From: Mytilus californianus
Lineage: Eukaryota
Assembly (NCBI RefSeq): GCF_021869535.1
Contig: NW_026262685.1
Coordinates: 372,001-436,000, forward strand
Reading direction: 5' to 3'
DNA: 64,000 bases
The notes beneath the pieces are model-generated. The model saw only the letters and a list, made by a program, of their open reading frames with translations. It was not told where the DNA came from and made no database searches. This document shows, piece after piece, positions 40,501 to 53,200 of the stretch; position 1 is the stretch's first letter; each line of letters begins with the position of its first letter. A program made the translations under genes and the position numbers.

Positions 40501-41386
40501 AACAAAAGAGCATTTACACTTACACAGGCGTTTTTGCCCTTATTTTCTTTTCTTTTTTCCTTCTTTGTGTGTTGAATAATAGTTTATGAACGCTGTCCCT
40601 CGATTCTTATTTTTAAAATTGAAAATAATAATAGAGGGACAGTATATGCGCTAATTGTATAGTGATATCGTATTGATAAGAGCAAGAACGCATTAAATAA
40701 ATGAAAATAAGTTAAAACATTATTTCAACCAAGAATGAAAATTATAAATGAAATGCTATAGTTGGCGAGACTTTATTTTCTACCAGATGTGTGTATTTTT
40801 TTATATTTATATACCAAATGTATGTATTTTTCACCTACATCATTTGAGAAATCTTTCGTATACCCGTTCCATTTTATGTACAGAAATATGCTAAATGTAT
40901 GCAATTTATATGATTCTTTTCTCTCTTATTTTCAATATATATTTTAAATTGTGACTATCTATAGTTCCGTAACTTTCTATCTGTATAAACCAATGATCGA
41001 CAAGTGCATACATTTTTGTGAAATAAATATATAAAGGCTATATATATGTTTCAAATTTTCCATAATTATTGAAAGCGAGTATATACTTACAAAAAAATGT
41101 ACACATGAAGTATATTACATCTGATAGTTTTTAAATGGAAAGTTCCAAGTTACCGGCCGTGTACACTGATACGCTCAGCAGAGAAGCGATGTATGAACCT
41201 GCATTATGTAATTGTGACTGTAATAAAGAGTTTTTTTTTAGCCCGATAGGAAATCACTTGAATACCTCATCTCACAATAACTCTGGCAATAATTCCTTTA
41301 GCCATGCTGATGATCAATTGAGAGAAGGACAGACTTGAATAAATGTGTTGCAAATAAGACTTCTGACCAAATTAGATTTTTGGAAA

Positions 41387-42113
41387 CAATTTTACACGGA
41401 ACACTGCTAGTTAATTATGACTTTAAACTTTGAGAGAATCCATAAAAGGAATTGCTCTAAAGTTATTCCCCTATATATTTACTTGTTTCATAAACTTTAG
41501 TTTAAAAACGACAGACCATAGTTATTTAAGAAAAATAAGATGTCCAATCAGCCGACTTTTCCGACTCTTAAACCTTTTTTTAAACATTGTTCCGTATCAA
41601 GTTAGTTTAAAAAGTTTGCCGATAGGTAGTACAACATGTTTGGTATAATTCTTTATTTTTTGGATCCGGGAAACTGGGATTGCTTTTGTCATTACCTTGT
41701 CGGGTTAAAACAACCGTACGCATGAAAAGTGATTTCGACATTGAATTCAACAATTTTACACGGAACACTGCTAGTTAATTATGACTTTAAACTTTGAGAG
41801 AATCCATAAAAGTAATTGCTCTAAAGTAATTCCCCTATATATGTACTTGATTCATAAACTTAGTTTAAAAACGACAGACCATAGTTATTTAAGAAAAATA
41901 AGATGTCCAATCGGCCGACTTTTTCGACTCTTAAACCTTTTTTTAAACATTGTTCCGTATCAAGTTAGTTTAAAAAGTTTGCCGATAGGTAGTACAACAT
42001 GTTTGGTATAATATTTATTTTTTGGATCCGGGAAACTGGGATTGCTTTTGTCATTACCTTGTCGGGTTAAAACAACCGTACGCATGACAAGTGATTTCGA
42101 CATTGAATTCAAC
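41387..42113. repeat. 364-bp direct tandem duplication
   Basis: CAATTTTACACGGAACAC starts at 41387 and 41751, and the two copies differ by only a few substitutions and indels. Confidence 0.9.
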
Positions 42114-45100
42114 TACGTAAGTCCTTGCTTGTTTTTTGGTACTTTGTGGTTTAATATAGATATGACGTGGTTTTTTAATCGGCAAGCCGTCAAGGAGGCG
42201 ACATGTAGAGAATTTATAATCTTAACTTAAAATCGATGCTGATCTCTTATCTAGGGGAATAAAACGTTAATATTTATGAATTTGTGTTTTTTTTATTCAT
42301 AATGAACATAACATCAATTTTTTTTATTTTTTTGCGAAGTTTCCCTTTAAGCTCTTTTCAACTGACTTTTATAATTTTTTCCCCAGCTAACATGTTTAAT
42401 CCCCGCGCCACGTTCTGTATGTGCCTGTCCCAAATCAGCCGGAGCCCGTTATTCAGTGGTGGTTGTTGTTTGTTGTTGTATATCATGTTTGTTTTTCGTT
42501 TATTGTTTTGTACATAAATCAGGCCGTTAGTTTTTCTCGATTGAATTGTTTTACATTTGTCATTTCTGTTATAGCTTACAATGCGGTATTGGATTTGCTC
42601 ATTGTTGAAGGCGTATGGTGACATATAGTTGTTAACTTTTGCATCATTTGGTCTCTGGTAGAGAGTTGTCTCATAGGCATAGCACATCTTCTTATTTGTA
42701 TATTCTATTCATTGAAGACCAAAAAGTTTGACTGACGGAGCAGAGTGTGTCACATGCAGATTATTAAAAGCACAGAACTGTTCAAGTTTTAACTAGTTGC
42801 AGCCCTCAAACTTCAATAATGTTATTGTCTATTGAATTGTTGGTAGAGTGTCTGACATGTCCAGCATCCAGATTCAATAGTACCGCATATCACCTTTCAC
42901 ATGTTCCATATAACCTGAGATTACTATATGAATGGTTATAGGAATATCAGATGTAACCATGCAGTTTGAGAATTTACCCTACAGGTTAGGACTTAGGTAT
43001 TAAAACATGTATAAAAAATGTATAATGGCATACTTCTGCATGAATAAAAGGCATATATTTTAATTTTAACATTTTAATAGAATTTCAATTTCACCAAAAT
43101 CATCAGATTATCTAAATTTTCGATAAAGATATCAATTTACGTAAGCAGTATAACACATGTATTTACTTTACTTCATTACATGCCAATTTGTTCATTTTTT
43201 TAAGAACAGACTTTAAGCAGATTTACTCTTTAAACATTTTCCCCGCAGTAACTATGTACATGTACCCTTATACGCTCCTGGAACCTGCTTAAATAGTATA
43301 AAGGCACAATTTCCGGTATAATAAAGATTCATTGGGACCTAAAACGTTTGCGAGTTGTTTTATCGGGACAATTAATGGAAGATCACACTTTTCTCAAACA
43401 GAGAGTAAATAATGACATGTCTGCTGAAAAATTTATTTATAAAAAAATTTATTGAAATAAGTACATGCAAAAACGCAAGTGATTTAGAAATTAAGCCCTT
43501 TCCAGGAGTTAAAGATGACAAAGCACAAAATTAGAATTGTAACCCTTACACTACTATATTTGCCTGTCCTCTACTCCACTTTTATACCCCATTACAATTT
43601 ATACGCAGAGCAATATTCTGAATGGATGAAAATACGATGATAGCAAAAAAAAAAACAATTTTCAACATAATAAGCTAAAAACCGGCAAGCTTTTTGGAAA
43701 AGCTATTACTTGTATATATAAATATGACTTACATGGCATCGTCCAACAACAGAACCTGAACAGGGCAAATGCAACTGTTGGAAAAAGTTAGAAAAAAACG
43801 TTTACGATTATGATTTCATTAGTATATTGATTTTCAGTTTTATTGATTTGCTTACTATTATGAGGGACGTCCCATAACATTTTACTCAAATCCCGAGCTG
43901 AACGATACCGGGAATGATTTCTGCGCAGATGTGGGAAACTAAAAAAAGTCTGAAAATAAAAAGTTAACTATTTTCAGTTCATAAGTAGATTGATTTTTTT
44001 TTTATTATTATTGATTTTTCTATCGTTATTGGGGACTTCGTCCCCATATTATATTTTAAGAGATAATATGGGGGGAAAACACTAAAATTCATCTGACGAT
44101 TTTGGTGAAATTAGGAAGTAAGTAGATCTTGACATCCTAAGCATGGCTAACCCTGTCAGATTTTCTCTATCTATTATGGTTGTCAAGATATAAGATGCAT
44201 TTCACCCTTAAGTTCTTTTTCTGTCCATGGCGACATGTTTGTCGACTTAATTACTGGAAAAACCACATACTTTATACTAGGTAACCTTATGATCATTCCC
44301 CCCAAGTTTAGTTGAAATTAGTTCAAAAGCTTCGTCATATAAGATCTTTTAAAAAGTTTACGACGGGCGATAGACGAAGGACGAATACGGACGCCAAGTG
44401 ATGGCAAAAGCTCACTAGGCCCCAAGCGCCTGTGACATTTCAGATGAAGTATATGTAATTTGTGGTATTGTTAACCCTGTATAATCCTTAATTATCCGAT
44501 GGAGAATGTCAGTCTTAGAGTTGTCACATATTTAAAGTAGAAAATAAAAACATTTGGCTTCATGGTAAGTATTTATGACCCTTAATCATTGACAAGAAAA
44601 CAGCTGATCTGCAAAGTATACCATCTATACATGCCGCCATAAAACATATTCAGTGTTCTAGACAAAACAGACGAGGGAAGGTATCACTCGACTAACGAAA
44701 GTGTTATTCTTATAAAGCCTAGTTGGTGAATGATATAGATCACTGCATACAGTACCATGCCAAGAAATCCTCACTCAAAACTCCGGTGGACCTCCTACGG
44801 CACCCATTAGTAGATAAAGATTTGATTTCATTCAACAAATTAATTTATGACCTGCATGTACGTGTCGCTTAGAACACGGCAATGTACCAAATGGTCAATA
44901 TTAATCATCCGTGTAATTTGCTGTATGGGATGTTTGCAAACTTTCAACGGAGGCAATTTCTTGGCATGAACTGGAATACAGATTCATCGGTTTAAACCCC
45001 TGTTAGAGAAAGACAATTTGCTAACAAACATTTTCAGATCTTGCGTTGATACGCTAAATTACAGACGTTTAGTCCTGTTTTCTTGCAAGATTTTAATTAT

Positions 45101-46619
45101 TTCCATGTAACGGATACCCCAACTATCCTGAGAAATTTTTTAAAACAGTGTTAATTTATAAATCTTAATCGACACATAGAAGCAAAAATTCGATTCTCCT
45201 GCTGGATATAGGCCGTGAAAAGCTTTATCACACTTGAGGTGAATGCTCTTAAATCAGTTTTAATACAGTTGTGGTGTAATTTTACTCTTGATATAATTAT
45301 CCATGTGTTATTAAAGCGATACGGAACTCACACAAGTTATGGAACCATTACTTATGTGAACTATTTCTCTCTCTTGTTTTTCGGTTTCAGTAACGTTCTT
45401 TGAAAAGGTTTTGCCAATTGTCCGACTATTTGCCTTCAGCTGTTGATTGTTATTTAATACATTAATTCCCGCAAAGGTATCTATCAAATATCTGTATGTG
45501 CCTCGTACACGGCTGTCATTCGGTATATCGAGAAAAATGATCTTGAAAGAATAAGTAACGGTGTTCAAGTATTGCGATTGGATCGTAAAAGATCTGGTAT
45601 AGAATCGTGAAGGAAATCTTATCGAGAAAACACATGCAACGTCAGTAAATAAGCTAATTTAATCAATTATAATGACAAATGTTGGAAAAATAAAACTGCC
45701 TGTCAAAATGGTTCAACATTATGATCAGTATCCGAAAAAATTAAGACTTAAAAGTAAACAGTTTTTACAAAACTACGAAAGGCAGATTGCTCTTCGAAAT
45801 TTCAGAGAAATACAAATGTAAACAAACATGTTTTTTTTTAATTATTTTTAAATGCATAAACTACTTTTCTCTTAAAAACTATCGTTGAATATTACTGTTT
45901 AAAATAGTTCTTAAAGTTATTTTGATATAGTTTAATCAGAAACTTTGCAAAAACGGTACTGTAATATTTGTAAAAATTGATATTTCGGATCGTGAAAGAT
46001 CGGGTACCGCATTTTAATGATCGTGAAAAGGATCATGATAGATCTGATGTCGATATATCAAAAGATTTGATTTGCATGACTTATTCCGCTTCACTTTTGT
46101 TTGTGAATAGGGCTATGATGGTTCAATGCCATTGGATCTGATTATTTGATAATATCACACCGGCTAGTTTTCTTCTATGTCCGTCCTGCATAAGAATTAT
46201 TTCGTTTGAAAAGTTAAGATTGTCTCATCTGAATTCCATTAATTTTTATGCACAGTCATATCTGTAAAACGAAGATCCTTGTTGATTTTTGTAAAAATTG
46301 GAAAAAAAATGTGTTTAAAAAAACAGAAGGAAAACAACTGCCATATTCCTGACTTGGCACAGGCATTTTCCTAAGAAAATGGTGGTTTAAATCTGTGTTT
46401 TTAGCTAGCTAATACGCCCACTTGTATGACAGTTGTTTAATGTTCCGTAATATTGTCAAATTGAGCAAGGAACCCACACAGAAAATAGTTGGTTAACGTG
46501 GCTATATCTGAGATCCAGCAGCCAAAATGAGAATACAGTCAGTATAGTAAAGCATAATAACGGAGCCCCTTAAGTGCAAAGTAAATAGAAATATTTCCGT
46601 TTGCAGCGAAAATTTAATC

Positions 46620-47005
46620 TGGTGCGCATCAATTTGAAAAATCGTGCGACTTTTAAACTTGTGCGCCTGACTTTCAAACTGGCGCGGAAGACTTTCAAAA
46701 TTGGTGCACACGACTATCAAACTCGTGATCATGACTTTCAAAAATGAAAAGGTGCGGGCAACTTTTCAGCTCGTGCGCACGAGCGACTTTCAAACTTGTG
46801 CACATGACTTTCAAACTGGCGCGCACGACTTTCAAGCTCGTGCTCACGACTTTCAAAAATGGTGCGTATGAGTTTCAAGAACTCGTGCGCACTAGTTTGA
46901 AAGTTGTGAGCACCAGTTTTTGAAAGTTGTGCGCACCAGTTTTCAAATTTCGTCCGCAGGAGTTTCAAAGTCTTGCGCACGATTTTTCAAACTAGTGCGC
47001 ACCAC
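46620..47005. repeat. About 20-bp minisatellite GTGCGCACGACTTTCAAACT with an internal orientation flip
   Basis: About 15 degenerate units, and some units near 46900-46945 read GAAAGTTGTGCGCAC (inverted). Confidence 0.75.
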
Positions 47006-47399
47006 ATTAAATCTCCGGCAAACGAACATATTTCTATTTACTTGGCATGCACTTAAAGGGCTCCTTACATAATGACATATACACTTTCCCGATAAAATAC
47101 AAAAAAAAGTAAAATATATAAATACAAGGATATACAAAATGAAACAACACTATAAAAACCTCATGTGTCCGAATCGCATCTCTGGATCCACCCACACAAG
47201 GAACTCCAAAAGCCAAAAACCTTAAAGCTGGATGCACATATACCGAACCACGTCAAGAGGCATACGATCAAATGTATCATATTAGTACAAAGACAAATAA
47301 ATGGAAAACTGTGAAGTAGATAAAATACTACACAGAGTCGGCACATAGAATGTATAACTCAAGACCATCCTGTATTATTTGTTAAGTAGACGCTGAATA

Positions 47400-47835
47400 T
47401 TATTATGCCCCCGCCATAGCGGAGGGGGCATTAAGTGTTACTCTTGTCTGTCCGTCCCGTCCGTCCCGTCTGTCCGTCCCGTCTGTACATCCCCAAAATT
47501 GGTTTCCGTTTTCTAACTTTAGTTTGCCTCAACCTAATGTTATGAAACTTATAAACAATGCTTATTTCCACAAAACACAGATCAAGTTCGAAATTGGGTG
47601 GCGTCACTTTTACCGTTCTTGAGTTATGCCCCTTTTTAAATGGAAAATATTCTAAATCTGTCGTTTCCGTTCTCAAACTTTAGTTTGCCTCAACCAAATG
47701 TCATGAAACTTATACACTATGCTTATAATCACAAAACGGTCTTAACTACGTGAATCCTGCATCTGTATGTGGAAATTGACTCATGTATATTTACAAGCGG
47801 GGGCATATGTGGCCCATAGACACATTCTCCATTTA
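47400..47835 (-). mobile_element. HINE-like element (palindrome, GTCC microsatellite, about 160-bp internal repeat)
   Basis: Hairpin ATGCCCCC..GGGGGCAT at about 47405-47431, (GTCC)n at 47447-47485, and a repeated ACTTTAGTTTGCCTCAACC block at about 47516 and 47677. Confidence 0.7.
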
Positions 47836-48520
47836 TTTTATTATGTCTTGGTATTTTCCAATGAATTTTTTGAGAAAAAGGACATGTTCTTTCACAAAAC
47901 CCTAGCTCATTATTTTTTTGCTAAGGCACTGATAACGTTTTAAAAACTTTGAGTAATGCAAGCTCCTGAAAATCGTATGAGTTGAGAAATGTATACTCCA
48001 TACGCGGATGAAGTTGGTAAATCGCTGCTAAGGTGAGGAAAATTGATAATTTCAAAATTGAATCATCTCGTTTGTCATAGACTTTGGTATTGAGATGACC
48101 GCTGTAGTCAAATTCGGGATATATGTCTAAAAAATGCAGCCGAGGAAGCTGTATATATGTTGTCTGTATTCTCTAGTTCATGACTATAAATGGGACCCAA
48201 TTAGAAAAGTTTGTATTGTTAATGGAAAGAACATCTTCAATACACCTGTATGTAAAATGAAATATTATAGCTTCCTTGATCTAACCCATACAAAAGCAAA
48301 AATGTACACTTTAAGACATTTCATGGGGAAGACCACCAGACCCCCTCTCGCTTCACTTCTTTGTGGATGCATTACGCATTATATATACAAAGATATTCAC
48401 TTTTCGACAACTTACACTCCTGAGGTACTTATTATCTTGGATGCCTAGTTACATGTAGCATTGCATCTTAAATGAAAACATGCAGGTCTAAATGTGGGTA
48501 AATATATATTTACCCACATT

Positions 48521-48552
<32 letters not shown>

Positions 48553-48859
48553 ACCAAAACAAATTAAAGCATTAATTTACGTTCTAAGTAAGTAATTACA
48601 CGCTTCAACCAATTACAAGTATATCAATTTTTGGTAAAATAAATGCTGTTTTCTGATCATTAAGTCTGGTCACGCCTCGCTTTCACGATCAAAATAATGA
48701 TAGACATGAACTAACGACAACAACTAACATAAAAACAATAGACACAAATCATCGAAATAATAGGTCTCTCAGTAACTGAAAGCTAGGTCAAAGCCAATTA
48801 CAACCAACAAATAAATCATGTTCTCCAGACTAAAGTATCAATCAGTACACATCCAACGG

Positions 48860-49200
48860 ATTTAGTGTAAAGACGTCATAAAAGGTCTGAGAAAAGCATG
48901 ACCTTGTGCAATGCCAAAATATAAGTAAACAGCATCGACAGGATGTATGATTGTGAATGTTTTAATTTTAAATGTGTAGTAACGAAATCCCTGACTTAAT
49001 AATTGATCTGTTATACATACATTACGTGCATTCAAATCTAAAACGAGACTACAGACACGAGCATAGAGAATTTGATGTGAAATATACACACAGTAAGAAG
49101 GTGTTAAAGGAACATCTCCTTCAAAAAAGGGGAAATTAACAATCATTATTGTCTCTTTTGTCGTAACATCTCCGTCAAAAAAGGGAAAATTAACAATCAA
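48860..49200 (-). mobile_element. Penelope-like RT C-terminal fragment
   Basis: IVNFPFFEGDVP..SYCVYISH..YARVCS..LLSQGFRY, homologous to 63215-63500. It carries an internal duplication of about 43 bp. Confidence 0.7.
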
Positions 49201-50237
49201 TATTGTCTCTATTGACTTATTTTTCGTATAAAGTTTTCCCGTGCATGTGAAACTGAAATATCCAAAATGTAGAAAAAGGACAATTATTTGTGTATGGATA
49301 TGATTTAATAGATGGAGATTAATGGCTAAAAAATAAGAATAAACAAAATAAACAAAATATTAAATAATTAAAACATAATGTATGCTAAAATAGAAAGAAC
49401 AGAAAAAACAAATAAAAAACATATAACAAATAGAGAAAATGACATTTAATAGAATAAACAGAATTTAGACCATCTTATCCAGTCTCTGATTCATTGACTT
49501 GGAAGAATGAAATGAACCTATATTATTCATTAATTTCTTAATCCGTTTTGTTAACATGGTGTCCTATCGCTATCTTATTTAAATTTCGTTGACTATAATA
49601 TCTCCGTTGGTACAATTTGTAAACTTGTGTTTCCTATCTTTATTACTTTGCTTGATGCTTCTTTCAAGAAAGTGCTTGATGTAACGGTACTAATTGGTAC
49701 TGTTGAAATGATGTCTTCAAAGGTATGACTTTGTTCACTCTGTCAAAGTTACCTAGAGGTATCTTCAATATGCCTAAACCGTCCTCCTTTCCTTGTTGAT
49801 GACACTTTTCACTGAATTCGACTTATCATCGGATATTCCCATGTCGTGACAATCGAGAGGAGTGCAACTTATGGCGCAGGAAGTGCTTACCCTTCCGAAG
49901 CCCCTAATTAAAATCTTGGATATAAGAAGTGTCATTGGTTCTCAATTTACTTAAAATGTTTTGTGAACTTTTGGTTTTCTTCCTCCTGTATTTTTTATGT
50001 TTTTGCTCACCCTGCTGTCTTCTTAATTTTTGCGTTTTTATATATATTGAACTTTCTGTTGTGAAACTAGACAAAATGGCGGCTACCAACCCTGCTATAA
50101 TGTTTTGTTCATTTCATTTTGCATAGTGGATCGTTTTATAATGTAGATATATTTTATTTTTTATGGAATAATCAAGAAATAAGGTCCAACTACTTATTGT
50201 TTAACTGAACGAGTGAAAATGTTCATAAACTGATAAT

Positions 50238-53200
50238 TTAGTTTGAATCTAAGTTTATCTCAGTTTCGTCTATCTCAAGTCGGTTGTAATTTTCTTTAAG
50301 AAACACTAAGACAGGTATACAGGCTGCAATAGCTCCTAACAGGCACCAGTTCTCCCATCTTGTCCCTGTAAAGGATACCTTTTATTTTGTGCTGAACATT
50401 CTTTTCGGAAAGTTTAGGCAATCTAAATACAATTTGTCATTTTATTTAAATGTCTTTGTAAATGTGTTTTATATATATATTTCCAAGTCGATATATCTTA
50501 TCAAATGTTTATGCTTAATCAGAATGGTGTATCTTGGTAATAAAGCAATGCCATCATCGATGTTAATTTCATCACAGATATACCAGCTGGTTTCAAATTT
50601 TGGACTTCAGATGCGCGTCTCGTCTACAAAAGACCCATCAAAGACGCTCGAATAAAAAAAACGTTAAATTGCAAAATAAAGTAAAAAATTGAAGAGCATT
50701 GAGGACCCAAAATTCCAAAAGGCTTTGCCAAATACAGCTAAGGTAATCTATTCATCTGGAAAGGCCTTGGTGTAATCCCTTAATGTGATAGTATGTACAG
50801 GTCAGTTTTTCTTGAGTTCTATACTTGAGGGTCTGGATGGGGTCTACAGAATAGAGAATAATGGACAAAATGTGCAGAATAAAGAGCTGAAAATATAAAG
50901 ATTAAAGAAAAATAGGGCAAAAAAAAAGAATAGAGAATAATAGGGTGCTAAAATATAAAGAATACAGAGTAACAGGCAACATTTTTAAAGAATAGAGAAA
51001 GATGGCCTAAAAAATAAATACAGAAATGAAGGGACACCTATCCACACCCTCTATACTTTATAATTTTTGAGATGTAAAATTTGTCATCATTTGAGTGCAC
51101 AGGTAAAATAATAACTTCAGTTTCTTACCAATATGTGGCACCATCTGTACACCTAAGAATATTAAGCCTCCTATATTGTTAACTAATGTTAATACTAAAT
51201 TAGTAATGCCCTCTGCTACAGGATAGGTTGCCTCGCAGGCCATCTCAAAATACAGAGGCGACGTGGATCCAAGAAACATGGATAGCAATATGATAGACAT
51301 GTACAACTGCACTGAGAATTAAATGATAAATAGTGTCAAGAGTTAACTTAATAGTTGTATAAAGTAATATAATGGATTATACAGACGGAAGTATAGCAGA
51401 GCGGAAAGAGAGACCATACAAAACACAATATTTTTTGTACATCTATAACAGTGGTCAATTTTATACTGTCCTATAAGATACGTTCCCTGTCATTATTTCT
51501 ACTGTAGTACAGTAGTTGTATTTCTAAATATGATTTAATATTTATCGGACTTGTGGGAAAAAACGTGTAATTCTATAAGAAAGTATATCAACTAGCATAT
51601 AGTTTGGAACCTAATTTTAATTTTACACTCTCGGGTCCCATTGTCATTTTTTCATGATTATTTTTGGTAGATAATACCGCTAATGCTATATTCTTGCCGC
51701 AAACAGTCTTAACTGTGTACTGAGTTATTGAGCGATACTAAATTCTTCAATCTGGTACTCAATCAGAATGCTCAAATCTATTATACAAACAGCTTTCTAG
51801 CTAAATTTCATCTGTGAAAATAAATTTCTTTTTTGTTTTGTTTTGTTTTTTCTTTTTATTTTACCTGTAGATGAATGGATGGTTCCCAAAAGAAGGAATG
51901 TAAACCAGACTAGACTACCACATCCACCAATATATAAGACTAGTAGGAATAAGCGCATATGCTTTGCAAAGATGTCTGCAAATCTACAAAGTGTATTTCA
52001 AATATGATATTCTAAAAGGATCACACAGAACGTAGGCAAAGTAAGTGACAATAAATCCAAAGAAATAGTTAGAGCTATAGTCAAGAGAACCGAAAACTAC
52101 AGTTCTATAAACACTAAAAAGCGTGTACTCTTCAACAAGCTTAATATTGTACTAGATAGTGGCCGGTATATATAATCATCATTGACATTTTTTTCTTTCA
52201 CAAAAACAAGCCTACTGTCTCAACAAGAGACCAATTTTGACATAACAGAAAAATATCAAAGGTCTTTATAAAGTCAAGCCTTTGTTATGACATACTTAAT
52301 CCCTTTGACTTATATAAGATAGAAAAGAAAAACTTGGCTATTCATAGATGTCATATACCGTACATGCATCTTAGAGTTATATAATAAATGAATCAGTTCA
52401 TATGGATTCTATAACTGCTTCTTCAAAATATCAACTGAAACCAGGTCAGAGATAAACTTACTTAGCTACAGCCAGTGTCACAATGCATCCTGCTACTAAT
52501 GAATAAAATCCCAGCCATCCTGCTTCATCCTAACAATATATATAATGAAAAATTATTAATATAACCTAGAATGTAAATTTCAAAAGCATGCGTAGTAGGA
52601 AACCTTTGTCTATTTGATCAAAACATATTCACAAAAATACCGAAAAAAGGGGGTCAATAAAATCTGGAAAGATCAAACGCTTGACTAAATCAACCAACGA
52701 AACGAATGGAAGACAACTGTAATATTCCTGAAATCACTTACAGTTACTCTGAGACCAAATAGTGCTATTCCTGAAATCACTTACAGTTACTCTGATACCA
52801 AATAGTGCTTTGTGTAAGAGATTATTTTGTGTTATATCAGATACAGCAGAATATATTTTGATTTTCAAATAGCTGTTTAAATGTGTTGGTCGAGACCATT
52901 AGATAACCAATTATGTAACATTGATGTTTTCAACCTATTGTATTGCCAAACTATTAGACGGAATATTTTGAAAATGTGGCACCTAAAAGGAGTCTTGCGA
53001 ATAATATTTTTTTCCGATATCTTTTTATTTTCGTTTTTTGGCAACCTATTATTTTACAAGATTAATTTGGGTATATGGAAATATTTATACTATGCATACA
53101 TATTTTTATAACAATTCTATTATAATGAAAAGGAATGTATGTAAGGTGATACCTGTTCATATATATATATATATATATAGATAGCAAATTTGTTTCTTCT

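Noticed and set aside
41135-41338. 67-aa ORF and other ORFs between B and C
   Set aside because: No domain, splice partners or homology recognisable in 38200-50200.
52723-52808. 43-bp duplication containing GTAAGT and TTTCAG on the minus strand (possible pseudo-exon in C intron 8)
   Set aside because: Only two copies, the implied exons (7 or 29 nt) break the frame, and there is no similarity to real exons.
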